Part shown: positions 10,018-22,775 of the stretch, in pieces | Layout: the number at the start of each line of letters is the position of its first letter | How positions within the stretch are numbered: the stretch's first letter is position 1 | Source: Porpidia crustulata | Lineage: Eukaryota | DNA: 32,591 nt | NCBI GenBank assembly: GCA_964255105.1 | Contig: CAXUWE010000013.1 | Location: 1-32,591, forward strand | Direction of reading: 5' to 3' | Program-made: the position numbers and the translations under genes | The notes under the pieces: generated by a model | What the model was told of the DNA's origin: nothing | The model's input: the letters and a program-made list of their open reading frames with translations, nothing else | Database searches by the model: none

Positions 10018-13000
10018 CTATCCTAGGACCAGGTTCAATTCTCCTATCAGTGTTCGAGGACTTTTCAATCCGCCTTCGACGTCCCAATTCGCTTCTGAAT
10101 CTCTCAGATCCTGGCTTAGGAACGCCCTCGCTGTTTCTTCCTATTTGCTGCAGTCAATGAAGAGTTCTTTCTCTTATGGCGATGCTATAATTTCTTACAG
10201 CAAGTTTAAGGCTATCCTCTTCCTCTCGTGAGATTATTGCACATGTAGCAACCAAGTTTTCTCCACGAGCACTCAGCACTATAAGCTCTTCTGCTCTGGC
10301 AATAACTGCTGGGTCTATGCCATTCAACGCTGCGCAGCTAGAATGCCAAAATTACCAAGAGATCTCGCTCAGAGGGACTTAGCTGACCTTGTCCCATGAC
10401 TTGACGCACTACGTCCAGGTCGGAAACTGTAGAGACTGTCAGTATAGCGCTAAAACGCGGTTGAGACATTCGTACTTGTAAAGATATGTCATCTGATCCT
10501 CCACATCTGTCGCTTCCAGATCAACCCGCACTTGCATATGACCAAAGGTCAAAGAAGGCCTAGGCTCGAGGAAACCATTTTCGAATATCTCGTGAAAGTG
10601 TGTAGCTCCAAGTACTTTGGGTTGCTGGTTCCCAAGATCAAGCAGATATTCAAAGACGCCGCAAACAAGACCAGCACCGTCTATTCCTTGGATCAGTATT
10701 CCTTATTGAACTTCTAGGCTAACATACCATTTGATTCAGTCCCTTTGCCAAATTCGTCAATAATGACCAAACTTCTATGAGTTGGCAGCGACAGTGCTAG
10801 CGCAACTTGCTGGATGTCGATCATAAACGAACTTTGCATCTTTGAGACGGTCTCCCTAGTAGCTATACGAGTTAAGAGTTTATCAGTAATACCTATGACT
10901 GCCTTGTCTGCCGGTACGAAGCAGCCCACATGCGCCATATACACAATCAAAGCGACTTGCTTCAAGTAAACGCTTTTGCCGGAATAGTTTGGTCCCGTCA
11001 TCATCAGCATACTTGGTCCCTCTCCATTTCTAATTTCTGGCTCCTCTCTGGACACTCCAGAAGAAGTCTCACGGTCGCTCTGACTTCTTCGATCTGAATC
11101 GTCTGCACCAGCTCCACCAACCAAAAACGTGTCGTTCGCAACGAAAGATGGAACAGTGAGCTCTTGTAATGGATGCCTTCATATCGTCAGCACTGTTCAT
11201 CTACCTAGCAGAAGCGGCATACTTACCGACCACCCTTGATGGTGACAATATTGCTTTCCGTCATGGTCGGTCTTGAAAACTTATATATCCTAGCTCCTTG
11301 AGCCAGAGCAAGAAAGCTGGTTTGTCAATACGTACCCGCGCCAACTTTGGGAGATACAACCATACCTATCTAGTGCACCGCAAATTTCAGACGTGGAAAT
11401 GAGCATATCCTCAAATCTCAAAACCTCCTGGCCGAGCTCATAGACTATCTCTATTTCTCTGTCTATTCTCGCAGTGTGTGAGAGAGATCCTATAGCAGAA
11501 GAATAGGAAGAAGCCTACCACAAATATCGGCGTACATATCTCCAAGCGTTACATCTAACTCTTTCATCCGGAAATCTTTGTAGTAAACCCTCAGCCCTGT
11601 AGAAAAAATAAGGTCCCAATGCGTCGCCTCCGTCTCTCCTCCTTTATATTGCCCTTTACCATTTTCCTGGCTCATCGGTAGAGAAATTAGAAACCCGATT
11701 TGTGGGAAGAAAATTACGTTGAGATCTACGCTGTAGTGCCTAGGGATTGTTGCCGCAATGTCCTGCGAGGTACGATTGAGCAGGTCTTCGATACCATCGT
11801 AAGTTTGCTTCATGTTATCTAGATCCTCGTCGACTCCAGCATTCACAACAGTACGGTGCATCTCTGCAGATGATGGGAAGTCGATCTGTGGTCTGTAAGT
11901 AAGCTGTCGCTTCCCAAAAGCAGTGTAGTGAAGCATCAAGGTTCGAGACGCACAATCTGGCTAACCCTAGTTCCAATGTGAGCCAGCTGGCGAGTTTCAA
12001 ATTTCTCGAGCACCTAAAAGTATACTGAGTCGTGGCAGGACAACAGTGCTTGAAAATCACTGACTTTGATCCAGATCGGGAGATTCTCTGCACCTGCGAT
12101 TTCACTACATGCATCACGTATGTGTAGTGTATGGAAAGCAAACTGGGTCGCGGTTAGAGCAATTTGGCTTCTGTTACGGAGTACCATTGCTTTACGGATC
12201 GGAGGCTCGACCACACACCGCTTTTAATGCCGCTTCCCTTGCTCAACCCGTTATTGATGCCCTTCCTGAGGTGAATTATTACAGTTTTCATATTCTTGAT
12301 CTGCCCAAGGCTCTTTACGATCGTGTTTAATGGACCATTATTATCTGGTCGGAGGAAAACGCTGGTAGTATCAAGTCTCTCATTGATCATGGCGATATCA
12401 AGACATGGACGAAGGAAATACTGGCGTAAGAGATACCTGCCCTGTGGGGTGCGGGCCAAATGATGGAACAGACCGTAAACCGAGAGACCTTCCTTAGATC
12501 CCGACGAAGCCTTAGTAGGTCCTTGGTTATGGGATTGAGGATGTGACTCGGATTGCAGTATTTGGAGCGAATATAGCGCATCCGTGTTCACGTACCTGCG
12601 AATTGGCTTAACTGTCGTTCCTTACGATATAGCCGCAAATTAAGAATGACCTACATGAATTCTTTAAGGCTGAACATCTCTACAGCTGTTATTCGAAATT
12701 CTGAATTAGCAGCTATGTCTCCTGGCAAAAAATCTGTGGTCTTCCTTCGTTGAAGATACGTTAGCACCGCACCGGCACAGCCAACCGTCAGACGACTCTC
12801 AATATCAACCTTGCTAGACAATCTCAGTAATTTTTCTTGTCGGCCTGTATAGCCCATATCGTCACCAGTATCATGGCTTCCATAGCTCCCAATATCTTCA
12901 GGAGTGATGAACGCTACTCGCGGTTCGACACCAGAAGTAAGGTTGAGATTGAGAAGTTTGTTCTTCCCAGCTTCGTACCCAAATTCTGGTGAAGGACGTA

Positions 13001-13677
13001 CCTCTAGTATGTAAGGCAGTCGAAATGGATTCACTGTAGGCTCAATTGAGTCAGATCAATTTCGACATTTCAGAAAAACATACCATCTCCATTGACCGAT
13101 CCTCGGCCCCTACCTTCAGGGTCCAGATGACTATCTACGCTCTCATCCACTCTCATTGACAGAAGAATCACGGTCGGCTGGATGTGTAGCTTCACTGCTA
13201 GCTATTAGCAAATGATATAATTCTCATTCGATGGTACTTCCGCGAATCAATAACCTCAATCCCGCCGCTTTTGACATCCTCGATCATGCAGAGCTTCTCC
13301 TCCCTTGCTATGTAATAGCAACAGCCTACGGTCCCCCTGTCTCTTAGATCTACAGCCATAACAATCTCGTTAAGAAAGTCGTTGTCCTCTCGCTCTAAGA
13401 TATCCTCGTCAAGCTCTGGTCGGAGACTAACATCCGACGGCGCGATTTTCCTTAATTGGAGACGGGAAGTGACATTGCCAGCTTGGGTGGATCCAGCCAC
13501 TGAGCTGTCCACACTCCGTTGGGATAGCAAGCTGACCCTTGTCTCGGGCTGCAGGTGAGGGTCTTTGACAAGCCGAGTATGAGGATTCGGCGGCGAACGA
13601 GCGATGTCGCTGTAGCCAACAACCGGTCTAACAACGGAAGAACTTCGGCGACGCTTTACATGGACCTTGAAGGCCAT
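10018..13677 (-). CDS. MSH5: Meiotic MutS homolog 5, about 14 exons
   Basis: MutS ATPase motifs TGPNYSGKSVYLKQVALIVYMAHVGCFVPA, SSFMID, IIDEFGKGT, ATHFHE. No MutS mismatch-recognition N-domain. Walking 13 introns keeps the frame to TAG at 10020-10018, provided intron 1 uses a non-canonical donor (see findings). Confidence 0.9.
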
Positions 13678-14150
13678 GACCAAAGACAAAGATACGACCA
13701 CTTCAACCGACTTCCGACAATGACGGTTAAATTAAGGTCAAGCGAGATATTCCTGTACGGTATTTTAGGAATACATAGAGCGAGATAGTAACTCGTTTAA
13801 GCTAAGTACAAATACAATAAAAACGTGTTTGCCAAGAGAAATGACACCTAGACGGACAATTGGGTTTCTGGTTGGACAAATTTTTGGTCGACAGTGCACC
13901 CAGAAGGTAGCTACCGATCGCGAGCAGATTAACGACTTCGACTTAGAATCGCAAACTTCAAGAGTACCATGAACTACGGATGTAGAGAAACAGATATCCC
14001 GAGCAGTACCAGGACTTCTGTGCAATCATACTATACGAACGGGTAGAATCGACCTACATGTTTACACCATCGTATACTTACATACAACAGACTCGTTGTT
14101 ACCGCCCTTGCCATTGCGGACATAAATGTTTTACCAATGGCAAGACAATT

Positions 14151-16514
14151 TCACGTATTCGGTACTATGTCTAACCCTTTCCCAGGCTCGCTCATAATTA
14201 TCTTGGCTCTCTGGCCGCTCTTCAACTCTCCTCTTATGATTTTGTCTGCCAATTTGTTGCCGACCTCTCTTGATATTAGGCGATTAAGGGGCCTTGCCCC
14301 ATACCGCGGATCGTATCCTTGGGTTGCTAGCCAGTCCCTGATGGACCCATCCACACCTAGAGTAATTCGGCGTTCATCAAGACGTGCTTGCAATTCCTGG
14401 AGACGTATATCGACTATATCTCTTAATGCAGCCTTAGAAAGACGATGAAAGACAATGAAGTCGTCAATACGATTGAGGAATTCGGGGGAAAAGGAAGTTC
14501 CTACGACATCCATGACAGCCTTCTTAGTTCCGGGGCTGATCTCGTCACCCAGTCCTTCATGCAGAAGTAAATTAGCGCCAAGATTTGATGTTAGAACGAT
14601 CAGTAGGTTTCGGAAGTCAACCTTTTGACCTCGAGAATCAGTGAGAAACCCTTCATCAAGAACTTGCAACAGTAGAGCAGAGATATCTCGATGCGCTTTC
14701 TCAAACTCATCAAACAATAGCACGGCGTAGGGTTTTCTCCGAACAGCCTCAGTGAGCTGCCCAGCATCTTCATACCCTACGTAACCCGCAGGTGAACCAA
14801 TCAGTCGTGATATTGTGTGTTTCTCTTGAAACTCGCTCATGTCAAATCTGATCATAGCACTCTCAGTTGAAAACAGGAAGCCAGCAAGCTTCTTGCATAA
14901 CTCTGTTTTCCCCACACCAGTAGGTCCTAAGAACATGAAGGACGCCAAAGGTCGGTTCTCCCCTGATAGCCCTGCGCGCTGCATTCTTATTGCATTTGCC
15001 ACTGCATTGAGAGCCTCATCTTGGCCGCGAATAGATTCGCGTAATGAGTCTTCCATATGTACAAGCTTCTCAATTTCCCCTGACATAAGCTTAGTGACGG
15101 GGATGCCAGTGGCTTTAGCGACGACGCTAGCAATATCGTCCGCTGTGACCGAGTCATGTATCATGATATCGTCTGGAGTATTTGTCGTGAGAGTTTCAGA
15201 GCCATCTTTTGGTAGACAAGCTTCGAGCTTAGGGATTGTGGAATATCGGAGTTCGCTTGCTTTCCCAAAATTACCCTCCCTCTGTGCCTTATCAAGTTCG
15301 ATACGTGCTTTTTCGAGTTCTTCTTTCGCGCTTTTGAGGGTCTCAATCTCGGCTTTTTCCTTATTCCAGATCTCTGTCAATCTAGTAGCCTCCTTCTGTT
15401 TAGATTCGAGGGAGGATTCTAGCGCTTCTCTACGTTCTTGACTCAATATTTCCGTCTCCTTCCTAAGAGACTCTAACTCGATTTGGATTGTCATTATCTG
15501 ACGGTCTAGCTCCTGGATTGCATTAGGTTTACTTTCCTGCTGCAATCTTAGCGCCGAAGCAGCCTCGTCGACCAAATCAATGGCTTTATCAGGCAAGAAA
15601 CGATCGATTATATATCGGTTGCTGTAAGTTGCAGCTGCCACCAATGCGCTATCTGTGATACGTACTCCATGGTGCACTTCATATTTCTCCTTTATTCCAC
15701 GGAGTATGGAGATTGTGTCTTGCACGGAAGGCTCGCCAACTTGAATTGGCTGGAACCTGCGAGCTAGAGCGGCATCTTTTTCGATCTGTCTATATTCCTT
15801 TAAAGTGGTTGCGCCGCAGCACTGAAGCTCACCTCGAGCAAGTGCTGGCTTCAGTAGGTTACTAGCATCGATGCTTCCTTCGGCCTTGCCCAGTCCAAGT
15901 AAAATGTGCAGCTCGTCCACGAATAGAATCACGTCATGAGCATCTTCCACGTCTTTCAAAACCTTTTTCAGGCGTTCCTCAAAATCGCCCCGGAATTTAG
16001 CTCCTGCAATGAGCTGGCCTAAGTCAAGGGCTATTACACGTTTGTTTTTGATACTCTCCGGTACATCGCCCCTTATAATACGTTGCGCAAGACCCTCCAG
16101 TATTGCCGTTTTGCCTACGCCTGCCGCACCAATGAGTACAGGATTATTCTTGGTTCTTCGCGAGAGAATCTGTATAGTCCGATAAATCTCAGCGTCCCGC
16201 CCGATAACAGGGTCTAGCTTTCCTTCCTTTGCGCGAGCTGTCAAGTCTATACCATAGAGCTCTAATGCTGGTTTGTCTTCATCTTCACCAGGGCTCATGT
16301 TCATTCGATAAGTGCCCCCTGGCGGACGCGGCCGTCCATCTGTATAGCCGCGGATAGAACAGCCTTTCGAAAATTTCGAACACGGTTTTCCTTGACCAAC
16401 TTGCTCCCCTCCCAGACTGGTGAAAAGGAGGCGTCCATGGGCCAAAAAGTCTCTGGTATAAATGCATTTCAAGAGCGTTTGAGTTCGTATCTGCTGTAGT
16501 CGTAGAGCCGTCAT
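14151..16514 (-). CDS. HSP78: Mitochondrial ClpB-family AAA+ disaggregase Hsp78
   Basis: Intronless 787 aa. Two Walker A motifs ([16 protein letters not shown]), coiled-coil middle domain, YGARPL sensor. No Clp N-domain; a basic presequence-like N-terminus instead. Confidence 0.95.
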   Translation of the reverse strand: MTALRLQQIRTQTLLKCIYTRDFLAHGRLLFTSLGGEQVGQGKPCSKFSKGCSIRGYTDGRPRPPGGTYRMNMSPGEDEDKPALELYGIDLTARAKEGKLDPVIGRDAEIYRTIQILSRRTKNNPVLIGAAGVGKTAILEGLAQRIIRGDVPESIKNKRVIALDLGQLIAGAKFRGDFEERLKKVLKDVEDAHDVILFVDELHILLGLGKAEGSIDASNLLKPALARGELQCCGATTLKEYRQIEKDAALARRFQPIQVGEPSVQDTISILRGIKEKYEVHHGVRITDSALVAAATYSNRYIIDRFLPDKAIDLVDEAASALRLQQESKPNAIQELDRQIMTIQIELESLRKETEILSQERREALESSLESKQKEATRLTEIWNKEKAEIETLKSAKEELEKARIELDKAQREGNFGKASELRYSTIPKLEACLPKDGSETLTTNTPDDIMIHDSVTADDIASVVAKATGIPVTKLMSGEIEKLVHMEDSLRESIRGQDEALNAVANAIRMQRAGLSGENRPLASFMFLGPTGVGKTELCKKLAGFLFSTESAMIRFDMSEFQEKHTISRLIGSPAGYVGYEDAGQLTEAVRRKPYAVLLFDEFEKAHRDISALLLQVLDEGFLTDSRGQKVDFRNLLIVLTSNLGANLLLHEGLGDEISPGTKKAVMDVVGTSFSPEFLNRIDDFIVFHRLSKAALRDIVDIRLQELQARLDERRITLGVDGSIRDWLATQGYDPRYGARPLNRLISREVGNKLADKIIRGELKSGQRAKIIMSEPGKGLDIVPNT

Positions 16515-16811
16515 AGCTACGTCAACTTTGAATGCTGCTAGCCAGTACGTGGGAGCTACAGAAGATTACGTTGAACATGATGGGGTGTTGGCTCTCGCGA
16601 CCTTACTTATTCATGCTCTCATCGCAGCATATAAAATCAATATTCGTTAAGGTTGCCGCCACTTGTAAATTACATACGCAAACCAACATAATCATCTAGT
16701 GTATTGTACTTTCTGCCAAAACGAGGCAGATTTCAACCACTGTGTTGAGGAGTACACAACGTTTTGCCCAACCAAGTAATCACTTATCCCTGAAGATTGC
16801 AAGCTGCCAGC

Positions 16812-17886
16812 ATGGGTTTCGTCGATTTATCGTCAGATGCTGGCCTGAGCAGTAAAACTACCATTCCCGAAACTTTGCGGTATTTTCTAACATTTTTGTA
16901 GTGCTGAACAACTGGTTAAAGACTCGGAGCTTTATTATTGGGTAAGTAACATATCTCCACATCCAAGATATCATTGCGATGCCAGCTTTATACCTCCCCT
17001 GATGAGAAAATTTGGTCCGTGTTGAGTATAGCGGCTTAAGACCCCGCCCATGACTACGTCCAATGTGCCCAGCACATCTCTGAATATTGCTACAACCCTA
17101 TTCGCACTGTTGTGATTTATTAATACGTACACTGTTCTTATATTCCCGAAGCTACGGCCCATCACAAGCAGATGTTGCCTCATTCAAAGCCCTAAAAGAG
17201 CGCCCTGGTCAAGCCAAATACCCCCACGCATTCCGCTGGCACAAGCATATCGTAACGTACCAGTCCGAGTTTTCCTCCTTACCCGGCGATCCATCCAAGG
17301 CGTACTCAGCATATGGCCCTGAGAAAAGCGAACTTGTCAGCATTTCTAAAGAAGCACCTGCTGCCGCTGCTGGCGAGGAGGATGATGACGATGATGATTT
17401 ATTTGGAAGCGACGATGAGGAAGAGGACGCGGAGGCAAAGCGAATTAGAGATGAGAACTTGGCAGCGTATAAGAAGAAAAAGGAGGGGAAAACAAAGCCG
17501 GCGGCAAAGAGTATCGTTACGTTAGATGTGAAGCCTTGGGGTATTTTATTTCTTCCTGTCCGGGGACGTAATGGCACTAAAATGTGGTACTTCTAGATGA
17601 TGAAACCGACATGAAAGCACTCGAAGAAGCAATGCGTGGTATCGAGATGGACGGTCTGACATGGGGTGCAGGAAAACTCGTACCTCTTGCCTTTGGAATA
17701 AAAAAATTACAAGTCAACTTAGTTGTTGAGGACGAGAAGGTCTCAATTGATGACTTACAAGCCAAGATTGAAGAGGACGAGGAGCATGTGCAGTCAACGG
17801 ATGTGGTAAGCTCGATTCCTACAAGCCTGCCAGGGACACCCAACTGATGATCTATCTCCTCTAAGGCGGCCATGCAGAAATTGTAA
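16812..17886 (+). CDS. EFB1: Translation elongation factor 1-beta (eEF1B alpha), 5 exons
   Basis: Exons 16812-16851, 16902-16941, 17152-17540, 17597-17805, 17866-17886 give [12 protein letters not shown]...YGPSQADV...[15 protein letters not shown]...[18 protein letters not shown]...HVQSTDVAAMQKL*. Confidence 0.95.
16999..17086 (+). ncRNA. SNR18: Intronic box C/D snoRNA, U18/snR18 ortholog
   Basis: Lies in the oversized (210 nt) EF-1beta intron 2. Box C CTGATGA at 16999; guide TTGGTCCGTGTT at 17012-17023, complementary to the conserved LSU rRNA AACACGGACCAA; C'-like ATGA near 17050; box D CTGA at 17080-17083. Yeast snR18 is also encoded in the EFB1 intron. Confidence 0.88.
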
Positions 17887-19669
17887 GCTCTTTTTCTGCC
17901 GCTGGTTAACTGCATTATAAGAATGCTTCAGTCTCTGTTCCTCTACTCGTTCGATCATGTGAAAATCCTTGGTAGATGAATATGGAATTGTTAGAACAAG
18001 TCACAAAATCTCTGTCTTCGCCGAATCCTGCATTTGTGGTATGATATGTGACTGGATTGCTTTTTGGGAAATGTTGCATGTATCTCTTATACGTGCGCCC
18101 ACGCCCCTCGGACGGCTCGTGTTGTTACCTCCAATTCCACATAATAAGAGCTCAAGGCGCAGACCAATTCAATCAAGCCGGACAAGTCCATTCATCACGA
18201 ACGATACTGCGACTCATGAATATACACACCATTTTTACAAGGCAGGGAGTATGAACTAAAAAAAGTACATCGACGTGCTGAGGGCTTAGGCTGGATTATC
18301 TCTGTGGCTCACGTGAATGCTGTTGGCAGAACCGCTTGATGACAATCGTTCTGGATCTTGAAATTACTAGTAATGCGTGATCTACTTACCTAACGCTAAC
18401 ATTGATGTTGTTATTGAGTGCAGACGTTCCAGCCTGTTCCAAAACCGCACATGCTAGAAGAAGAGGGACGTATAAGTCTATCTTATGTAAAGAAGCTAGA
18501 ACTTCTTGTATGTGATACATTCTCCAGCAAGACATTTTATTCTCCATCGTGATGATTTGTTACTACCTTTCAGACTCATCCTTTACCTTCGTAGTATTAT
18601 AAACAATTGATCAGTCATGTAACCAAGAACGGTACTTAATTATATCAAACAACCGAAATCCATGACGCACATGCCCTCTCTCAGAGTTGATTAATCTCTG
18701 AAGAGAATTTACCAATTACTACTGTATGTAAGAATTTATCACTAACACAAGCTTTCGGGAAGAATATAGATAAAAGGTGATGATTAGACAATGTAGGCAT
18801 TCGATTTCAAGTATCTTTAAGTGTGAGTGTGTAAACACTCTGACGTTATGTTTGTTCGAAAGCTGTGTACATTTCAGGGAACAATTGCAGGTCGACCTGC
18901 TCAAAGGCATACAGATCGTGGTGATGTCAGCATATCAAGTGCCCAACGACTTATGGGTGAGTTGACACGTCGCCTTATTCTAATCAATTGGGATTGTCTA
19001 CCTTACGGAGTAGTAGGCATTCCCACAACTAGGCAGAAGGCGCAGGGTGGGTTTCATGGTGGCCGTATCAAATAAATACCTTCTTTTCCAGACAGAATAC
19101 GAAGTCGCAGGCAGACATACTTTGCTATTCCGTCAGATAGAACAACCAACACCGGAAAAGACAAATTGCGGCGTGACGGAGGAACCTCAAACATAGCGTC
19201 GGCGAGCCTAGAATGCTTTGAGGCCAATGATATCCCCTTATCGACAATTCTGTGACTACCCTGCGTGATGATTTGAGCCATGATTCGACGACTTCTGACA
19301 CCGGGCGATAGAATAGTCATCTGGTACAAAGCCCCTTGGGTTAAGGAGATAGTATATCCTGGGCTCTTGGCTTCATGGATCTTTCAGCTCCGGGAGACCT
19401 AATGTATGTCTCCAACTTGTGTCACACATGTCGCGTGGCACGCAAGGATGCCCAATTTCGCTTAGTACTTCTAGCGTCGATCCATGTCCTGTTGTAAGGC
19501 TGTGGATGTTTCAGGGAACAATGGAACGACTACTAGCAAATACTTGGGGTACTCGGACGGCACGACCGATCTGCTGATTGGCACAAGCGAAGCGAACAAG
19601 GTGGGAATTAAGGTAGGTTATTGAGGTCGGATCACACTAATGCAGAGTCTGAAGAACACGCGGTATGGG

Positions 19670-19793
19670 TATTATTATCATTATTATTATGAACATTAGC
19701 ATTAATTAACAGCCAAACCACTTCCATTTGCTGAGCACGCCGAGGTACTTTAACGTAGTATGTACTACTGTAGGTAGGTATGTAGGTAGGTAG
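19670..19793. repeat. Short imperfect microsatellites (TAT)n and (TAGG)n
   Basis: tattattatcattattattat at ~19670-19690; taggtaggtatgtaggtaggtag at 19771-19793. Confidence 0.6.
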
Positions 19794-21267
19794 TAACACC
19801 GTTTCAAGCCACATCCGGAACGGTAAATGCCACAAAGAATCTTCGTGGAAAGAGCGGTGTCGAGCTGTCAGCCAGCAGCATACAATAACCTGCCAGGCTG
19901 CCAAGTAAGTATACTCACCCATGGACCACTGCTGTCGACCTATGGAATCACGAAGGTCTGGGATACTCGTGCTTTCGCCGCAACTTCGCCTCCTTGGCAA
20001 TCATTTTCGACTACCATGTGTGGCACCGCGCAGTGTAGCTGCTAGACAGACATCAGTAGGCGATAGTGGTATGAACCATCTTCAAGATCTGCCAGAGATG
20101 ATACCCTTCTGTACAAGAGTATCGTTGTCGATAACAATGACTTGACGATTCCGCTTCTCATATGAATGGGCCACTCGACTTCGTAATCGGCCGGATAACA
20201 GAACATAACTACAGCCCGAGCACTCGATAGATGGTTACACTAGCGCAAGGACTAAGTCGAAGGTTAAGAAGCTCAATATTATTATGTTGTTTTTGATTGT
20301 TATAGACCGCTCGTGATCTTACTACATCCATTCAAGGGAGCACATCTTGATTTTTCGACTTGCGCAGATGGCAATATGCGAATGCAGGTAATTCCTAGTC
20401 AGCAACTTCAGACCACTACAGCTTTATATTATCATTGCCATTATTGTTTCAATGTGATTAGAGAAGGCGAAGATGGAAGATGGAGACGCACAGCCTACCT
20501 GATGTTGCTCTTACGTATCATACTCGAATGAAGAGTAATAGCCATTAATAGATACCCCTTCGGCTTATTTACTACTATTTACAAGTCAACTAGGGACTAT
20601 TAGTATGCTTTCTTGCGCTTTAAATGCTCTAAAACGGAACGACCACCTGCAGCCCTACGATACGCATGGCGTGTTGCTATTTCGACAACGCCTCACGGCC
20701 CTTGTCGTGATTACTTTACAGACACATGGCTACAAGCCCGTGTTGTGTAGAAGGTCGCCCTGGTCTGATTGGTTACATAGTGTGGATTGATCGCGGGTAC
20801 AGCAAGCCCACCTTGGCCTTGGTTACATGGTACTACACACGACGAGCAACTCAGACGCAACCCTGCTGGAAATGGACATAGCCCCACCCCTCCCCTTCAC
20901 CGAACCAAACAAATTGAACGCTCCCGGGAACGCGGGCCTGATCCCTTTCACCGCGGACCCCAAACGCCAAAACTGCGGGATGATGATTAAGTAGATCCAA
21001 GCAGGGTTGGTAAGGTATGCGAGGGTGTGCCCGACCATGTGGAATTTGCTGCAGGCCAGCTGCTGAATCCTCTATACGAGCAAGTACCGAGTACGCCCAT
21101 GGCGACTACAGATTTATGTTTAATATTAAAACCCTTCTCCTGCCCAGCTCATTCTGCAATAGATCATCAGGTCAGAAATCTCAGTGCTACCATCCATTTT
21201 CCCCAAGCATTCTCGATTAGACTCTCCATCATCACAAATTCCTCTCTCAGCTTTTCTCACAAACGTC

Positions 21268-22353
21268 ATGCAGCGCCAAGACAATTATTCCTATGCTACT
21301 GCTGGCCATATCCCACCCAAATACTCCTCCACACATAGCACCAGCAGCGCTTTCAGCGCTAGTGCGAATCCGAATGAGGACTGGACTAAAATATCAGATC
21401 TTGCAGAACGCAGACGGATCCAAAACCGGATAGCTCAACGTAATTATCGTGAGTAATGATTGGCGCCGCTTGCGGACCGAAAGCTCGAACATCGACGTCT
21501 GACACAGGACACTGACAAGCAACAGGCAAGAAAATCAAGAGACGTCTGGAGGACCTCGAGCGAAGGGCTGGATCATCATCAGCATCGCCGGAGCAGTCCC
21601 ACGCAGAGCTGGTTTCGTCCGAGCAGTCACGGAGAGAGAGCGAGAACATGACCAAACATCCACGATCGAGTATCGAGCGTCTTGGGCGCGCGAGGCACAC
21701 CTCGCCAGATTCTCCACCAACCCAGTACTCGAGGGCAACTGACGATCGTTCTGCTATGTTCTCTCAGCATCATCCCAGGGATGCGTCAGCTTCTCCCCCA
21801 CCGTCATTCACCTACTCTTATGCCTCGCCCGATTCAATCGTCCACGCTCCATATCCGCAACACACTCCTTACCACAGCTTACCCTCTACTTATGGTAACT
21901 ACCAAGCGCAACAAGGGTATCACCCAGCACTGCCTAGCATATCGCCTTATGAACTAGGCTCGGGCAAACATGGCAGTCTTTTCGACGGTGATGACTTGCT
22001 CAGCCAATTCAACATGGGCTATTCACCAATGACCTCCATGGATATGGCAACCACACAACACTATCCGGAGTCAGACCCAAATGTAAACATCTCCAACTTT
22101 TTTTAACGATCCTTATAAACCTTCATGCGTCCGACCTATGTCTCGAGTTTCTTCTTCGATAAGATGGCCTTTATAGCTTCACTCTCGCTTGAGCAACTTT
22201 AACAACGCGAATGATCGCTAACGGCCCTGCTAGCAGACACCCCCGCTCCTACATTCTCATTCTTTCGAGTACTCGAGAGCTGGATCACCAGCAATGATGT
22301 ACCCAAGTACTCCCATCTCAAACCCTGGTTCGCCGCGCTTAGTCATTAGGTAG
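21268..22353 (+). CDS. bZIP transcription factor, 3 exons
   Basis: SSAFSASANPNEDWTKISDLAERRRIQNRIAQRNYR|KKIKRRLEDLERRA basic region/zipper. Introns 21449..21525 and 22083..22236. Pro/Ser/Tyr-rich C-terminus ending SPRLVIR*. Confidence 0.9.
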
Positions 22354-22775
22354 CTGCTGCCGCGGGATATTTGGTTTAGTCGTGGAGGTCAGTCTTGCGA
22401 CATAAGCTCGGGTAAACGTCAAAGTGGTGTTCTGGGAGGCTATCATCCATGGTTGAGTTTTGGTGACCAACGCGCGTGTCGAGTATCAGGAGTTGTTGCT
22501 TGCTTGTATGAAATATATGACGATTTGGACTACTTCGCACAATGTTGGACTTGAACGAAGAAACGTGGATCTCTAATCCAGCTAGTAGTTGTCAGTGGAG
22601 TTGAAACCAGACACTGGTGTTTGCCATGAAATTTGATGTCTGAGACACGCAAGGCTATGTAAAAACTTACACAGGAACTGCACGGGGTGCAGCGGCATGA
22701 TAATGTCGAGGAAAATGGCGAGGACAGGAAGACCCCTCCGCCCCTAACCGCCAATGAATACCTAGGTATACACTA

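Noticed and set aside
11960..11972. CTAACCCTAG telomere-like motif
   Set aside because: Falls within an MSH5 coding exon (TRVSQ); a chance match.
14839..15441. 200-aa plus-strand ORF, and similar antisense ORFs over NOP4, EF-1beta, EMC5 and the heme-binding gene
   Set aside because: Antisense shadows of well-supported genes, with no recognisable motifs.
18676..18705. Imperfect hairpin TCAGAG...CTCTGA
   Set aside because: Short stem expected by chance; no TSD or second copy.
17900..21260. Possible telomerase RNA or other long ncRNA in the long intergenic region
   Set aside because: I found no TAACCCTAA-type template or convincing structure. The 60-120 aa ORFs there look random.
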